DNA of 64,000 bases from Deltaproteobacteria bacterium (GTDB lineage: Bacteria > Myxococcota > B64-G9), in the NCBI GenBank assembly GCA_030622135.1, contig JAUXGL010000002.1:24-64023 (forward strand). Direction: 5' to 3'. Below, piece by piece: positions 60,730 to 64,000 of this stretch. Every line of letters starts with the position of its first letter. Position 1 is the stretch's first letter. The notes below the pieces were generated by a model, which was not told the origin of the DNA, ran no database searches, and saw only the letters and a program-made list of their open reading frames with translations. The position numbers and the translations under genes are program-made.

Positions 60730-62463
60730 ATGCCGGCCAAGAGCAAAAGCAAGATCCTCTACGCTTCTTTCCTGGAGATCCCCTCTCCGGCCGGACTTTC
60801 CTGCTGGGTGGAAGAGGAGATAAAAGAGCTGGCTCGCCACTACGATGTGGATGTCCTTTCTCTCAAGTCGGAAGACCTCTCCCACATCGAACGGTTCCAC
60901 GGAGCCCGGCTGCTGCGGGTGCCGGTGGGAAGCGGACCATTCCTGTCCAAAGTAAAGGCGTTTCAGCGCGCCCTCAACCGCCAGCTGGACAGCGAAGAAT
61001 ACCGCCTGTGCCATTTCACTTCCCTCTGGGAAGGAATGACTCTGGCTTCCCGCAAGGCAGCCACCGGCTTCAAGCTCGTATACGAAGTGCACGGGCTCGC
61101 TTCCGTGGACTTCAGAGCGGTTCATCCGTCCGAAGAAAAGGCGGTGGAGCAGTCGTATCCCCTCATGCAACAGGAGAAACATTGCTTCAAGACAGCCGAC
61201 CGCGTGCTGGCCGGCTCCCGGCTCATCGCCGACCATCTCAGAAAACGCGGCGTGGCGGAGAAGCGGTTGCAAGTCCTGCGTCCGGCCGTCGACCTGCACT
61301 TGTTCGAGGAAGCGGCGACCAAGAAGGGTTCGTTAGGAACCATTCTCTACCTGGGAAGCCTGCTGCCCTGGCAGGGAGTGCAATCCCTCCTGGCAGCCAT
61401 GGCGGAGCTGCCGCATCAGCTCCCCGCGCGATTGCTGCTGGTCGTTCCCAAGCGGGAACCCTTTTTGCGGGAGGTCCGGGGAAAGATACAGATGATGGGT
61501 TTGTCCCGCAAAGTGGAGATCGTCGACCCGGTGCCTTTCGAAAAGCTTCCTTCCGTCCTGGCGCATGCAAGCGTTTGTGTCGCCCCGCTTTGCAACCACG
61601 AGCACAACAACCAGGCGGCCTCCACACCGCACAAGCTCTTGGTTTACATGGCCGCCGGTAAACCCGTGGTCGTTGCTCAACAGCCGGTGGTTGGGGAGTT
61701 ACTGGAGAACGGTGTGCACGCGCTGTTCTATCCCCCCGGTGATACGGAGGGACTGGCCGAATCGATCAAGACTCTTCTCCTCGACCAGGAACGAGCCACG
61801 TGCTTGGGCAACCAGGCCCGGCTTCACCTGGAAGCAACCCTCAACCTCTCCACGCAGAAAAAACTGCTGTTGACCATCTACCGGGAACTCATCGGGGAAC
61901 CGGCGGAGTCGGCGGATTGCCGGGGAGATGCCGATACCTGGCCCCTGATTAAGCCGGGAGATTCTCCGAACGCCTTGGAGAGTCGGAGGATCGCCGAGGA
62001 CACGGCACCCGTACGTCTGCTTGCCGACGAAGAAACCGACGAGATTCCCTTCCTCCCCCGGGAGGCAGACACCGATCCGGACATTTTTTCCAATGGCGAG
62101 GAGGACGACCTGGTCTTCCGCTCCGTCGAGCAAGAAGACACGGCACCCCGCAATCTTCCCAAGAACCAGGATGACTGGCAGACCCAGGATCTCTCCGACA
62201 TTCAGCTTCCCCGGGGGAAGCCCGCCGGAGAAAGGCAAGCGGACAACCAGCGATGGTTGCTGGGTGGTCCACCCTTTCCCGTTGAGGTCGAAGATCCCGA
62301 AACACTCCAGAAACCCACCCGGCGGCAGAACCGCGAGCTGACGCCAACCGAGCTGGCCCTTCTGTCAGACTCCGACGTGAAGCTCATCGAAACCGGGGAA
62401 ACCGAAACGCCGGGCGACGGCCCCACCGATCCCGAGCCCAAGGGGAAGAAAGAGAAAAAATAG
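60730..62463 (+). CDS. GT4-family glycosyltransferase with about 190-aa acidic low-complexity C-terminal extension
   Basis: It has a GT-B fold with the EX7E-like region (…ASTPHKLLVYMAAGKPVV…). The C-terminus is D/E/P-rich and ends in KGKKEKK. Confidence 0.75.
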   Translation: MPAKSKSKILYASFLEIPSPAGLSCWVEEEIKELARHYDVDVLSLKSEDLSHIERFHGARLLRVPVGSGPFLSKVKAFQRALNRQLDSEEYRLCHFTSLWEGMTLASRKAATGFKLVYEVHGLASVDFRAVHPSEEKAVEQSYPLMQQEKHCFKTADRVLAGSRLIADHLRKRGVAEKRLQVLRPAVDLHLFEEAATKKGSLGTILYLGSLLPWQGVQSLLAAMAELPHQLPARLLLVVPKREPFLREVRGKIQMMGLSRKVEIVDPVPFEKLPSVLAHASVCVAPLCNHEHNNQAASTPHKLLVYMAAGKPVVVAQQPVVGELLENGVHALFYPPGDTEGLAESIKTLLLDQERATCLGNQARLHLEATLNLSTQKKLLLTIYRELIGEPAESADCRGDADTWPLIKPGDSPNALESRRIAEDTAPVRLLADEETDEIPFLPREADTDPDIFSNGEEDDLVFRSVEQEDTAPRNLPKNQDDWQTQDLSDIQLPRGKPAGERQADNQRWLLGGPPFPVEVEDPETLQKPTRRQNRELTPTELALLSDSDVKLIETGETETPGDGPTDPEPKGKKEKK

Positions 62464-62586
62464 AGGTCCGGGCCGGTCCAAGGACAATGGCATTCGCTTA
62501 AGGATCTGGTTGCATTGGTTTGATGGACGCTCTCAGGCCCTCTCGGACAAGCTCGAAAATCGCAAGGAGCCGGAACGAATAGAAAA

Positions 62587-62745
62587 TCAACCTCCGTCCC
62601 CCGCCACACCCACCACTGCATCGACGGTGCGCCGATCGCGAACGAACTCGTCAAAATCCATTCCCTCGGTGTAGCTTTGGATGGCTTCAATGGCGCCCAG
62701 GATATCCTCTACCCGGAAACGCCAGTTTCTATCTTCAGGCGGCAT
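62587..62745 (-). pseudogene. Truncated HepT/DUF86-like toxin fragment (52 codons)
   Basis: The minus-strand ORF MPPEDRNWRFRVEDILGAIEAIQSYTEGMDFDEFVRDRRTVDAVV… matches the HepT N-terminus but stops before the Rx4HxY motif. Its start overlaps the MNT stop. Confidence 0.5.
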
Positions 62746-63031
62746 GTACCGCCTCCTTGAGAATTCGATCTTTCAAGGCCGGATGCAGGGCATCGGGAGT
62801 TGCAAGATCCACTGAACGGCCGAGAATTTCAGAAAGCCGCCGCTTGAGCCGCGCAAAGTCAAAAAGACCGACGTGGGCATCAGGTTCAAATTCAACCAAA
62901 ATGTCTACGTCGCTCTCCGGGCCGGCATCACCGCGTACCACGGAACCGAACACGGCCAAGGAGCGAATGGGAAACTCCTCCGACAAGGCTGTGGCGGCAC
63001 GTAGTTTCTCGATTACCTCTTGCACATTCAT
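62735..63031 (-). CDS. MNT-type nucleotidyltransferase (antitoxin of HepT/MNT pair)
   Basis: The minimal NTase motif is FGSVVRGDAGPESDVDILVEF. Confidence 0.75.
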   Translation of the reverse strand: MNVQEVIEKLRAATALSEEFPIRSLAVFGSVVRGDAGPESDVDILVEFEPDAHVGLFDFARLKRRLSEILGRSVDLATPDALHPALKDRILKEAVHAA

Positions 63032-63147
63032 AAGACTCGACTCCCTTTAACCGGCACGTTCAGAACGGTGCTTTTATTATACGACAGTCGTGGCGCTGGG
63101 TAACCTGTTTTTGGGGGTTCTCTCGATGCCTTATCTCGCCGTTATAC

Positions 63148-63990
63148 TCAGGGTTTTTGAAGAACGTGGGTGGACACGGCTCCCGAAACCGTCACCACGT
63201 GGTCGACGGGTTTCTCCCCCGACTCGACGCGAACCGGCAGCGGCATCCGGTAAAAACTCTTGGGGTCGGACAACCAGGGGGTTGTTTGGGTAACGGTCAC
63301 CTCAAGGTTGCCACCCGTCTCCCGGTGGGTCTCCTGCAGCGACATCACCCCGGTACCCGAAAGCCACTGCTCGAAGAACCAACCCAGATCCTCACCGGCG
63401 GCTGTCTCGGCCACATCGATGAAGTCCTGCGTGGTCGCGGCCGTAAAAGGATGCGCCTCCCGGTAGCTTCTCAGTGTCGTCCCCATGGCATCCTCCCCGA
63501 TTACCCACTCCAACATCCGCAGCACCCAGGCACCCTTCAGATAGTAGATGACCGGCTCCATCTGCGTGGAGATCTCCGGCACCAGCGGATGATCTCTCCC
63601 CCCCTGCCGGTAGTAGTCAAGTAGGAGCTTCGCGTCCTCCAGCCAGAAATACTTCGCCTGCTCGTCGCCCCGGGCATTCTTCAGGTAGGTGATGGCCGAA
63701 TAGTCCGCCATCCCTTCGGTCAACCACGCATCCGCCATGGAGGCCATGAACACGTCGTTGCCCCACCACTGATGCGAAACCTCGTGCGCCAGGTAAAAAT
63801 CCCGGGCGGGAAAGCTCCCGGTGCCGTCGTCGTCTAAGATGTAGTTGGGAACGATGATCAAGGTCGGGGACGAGTACCCGTTGGTGAAGCGCTCATCCAC
63901 ACCCGCCAACCGGATGGTTCCGAACGCCGGCTCCCCGAAGCGCGCCCGGAAGTCATCGCAGATGGACTCGAGCACGGGCACGTAGGTGGC
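63148..63990 (-). CDS. M1-family zinc aminopeptidase (partial; N-terminus beyond window end)
   Basis: It has HEVSHQWWGN (HExxH) and a downstream E of the zinc-binding triad (WLTEGMADY). The ORF runs to the window edge. Confidence 0.75.
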   Translation of the reverse strand, partial: ATYVPVLESICDDFRARFGEPAFGTIRLAGVDERFTNGYSSPTLIIVPNYILDDDGTGSFPARDFYLAHEVSHQWWGNDVFMASMADAWLTEGMADYSAITYLKNARGDEQAKYFWLEDAKLLLDYYRQGGRDHPLVPEISTQMEPVIYYLKGAWVLRMLEWVIGEDAMGTTLRSYREAHPFTAATTQDFIDVAETAAGEDLGWFFEQWLSGTGVMSLQETHRETGGNLEVTVTQTTPWLSDPKSFYRMPLPVRVESGEKPVDHVVTVSGAVSTHVLQKP

Positions 63991-64000
63991 CGGTACGATC

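Noticed and set aside
62464-62586. A further toxin or antitoxin ORF downstream of the HepT fragment
   Set aside because: No ORF of 60 codons or longer is present, and the short frames show no recognisable motif.

Overview
This is a high-GC (about 65%) bacterial chromosomal segment, densely coding on both strands, with no rRNA, tRNA or CRISPR array that I could recognise. The gene content suggests a Deltaproteobacteria-like anaerobe or facultative organism (Myxococcota or Desulfobacterota); this rests only on the combination of sigma-54/NtrC two-component pairs, a Ser/Thr kinase with a PEGA domain, Myxococcus-type Cys-rich repeats, a tungsten-type aldehyde:ferredoxin oxidoreductase and high GC. 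Housekeeping and metabolic genes include acetoacetyl-CoA synthetase, glmS, an NhaC antiporter, a saccharopine-pathway pair (LKR + SDH), a deoC-aor pair, a DhnA-type aldolase with a Zn-dependent alcohol dehydrogenase, an OPT oligopeptide transporter and an ABC exporter. Signalling genes are numerous: an ECF sigma with ZAS anti-sigma and a Spy/CpxP-like protein, three GGDEF proteins (two with non-canonical motifs), several histidine kinases and response regulators, a sigma-54 NtrC module with DUF4390 and an Omp85 protein, a REC-DnaJ-TPR protein and a Ser/Thr kinase. Several lower-GC accessory patches stand out. (1) A tandemly duplicated two-gene module, a 100%-conserved 80-aa protein plus a divergent 272-aa polytopic membrane protein, sits downstream of a PaaI thioesterase and ABC exporter. 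(2) A three-gene membrane block (zinc-ribbon CPBP protease, GYF/DUF4339-like membrane protein, 300-aa protein) is flanked by roughly 95-bp direct repeats that duplicate the 5' end and promoter of a TerB gene. (3) An AbiEi/AbiEii cassette sits beside a relic fragment of the neighbouring AOR gene. (4) A markedly AT-rich TPR-GGDEF gene. Other unusual items are a 1180-aa lipoprotein with about 11 copies of a roughly 52-residue six-Cys repeat plus LTD and PQQ-propeller domains, a CapA-MltB fusion, a DRG/TGS-type GTPase, an in-frame 18-bp x5 tandem repeat, and repeated palindromic hairpins in one intergenic region. All functional calls are from reading the translated ORFs by eye; no database searches were run.
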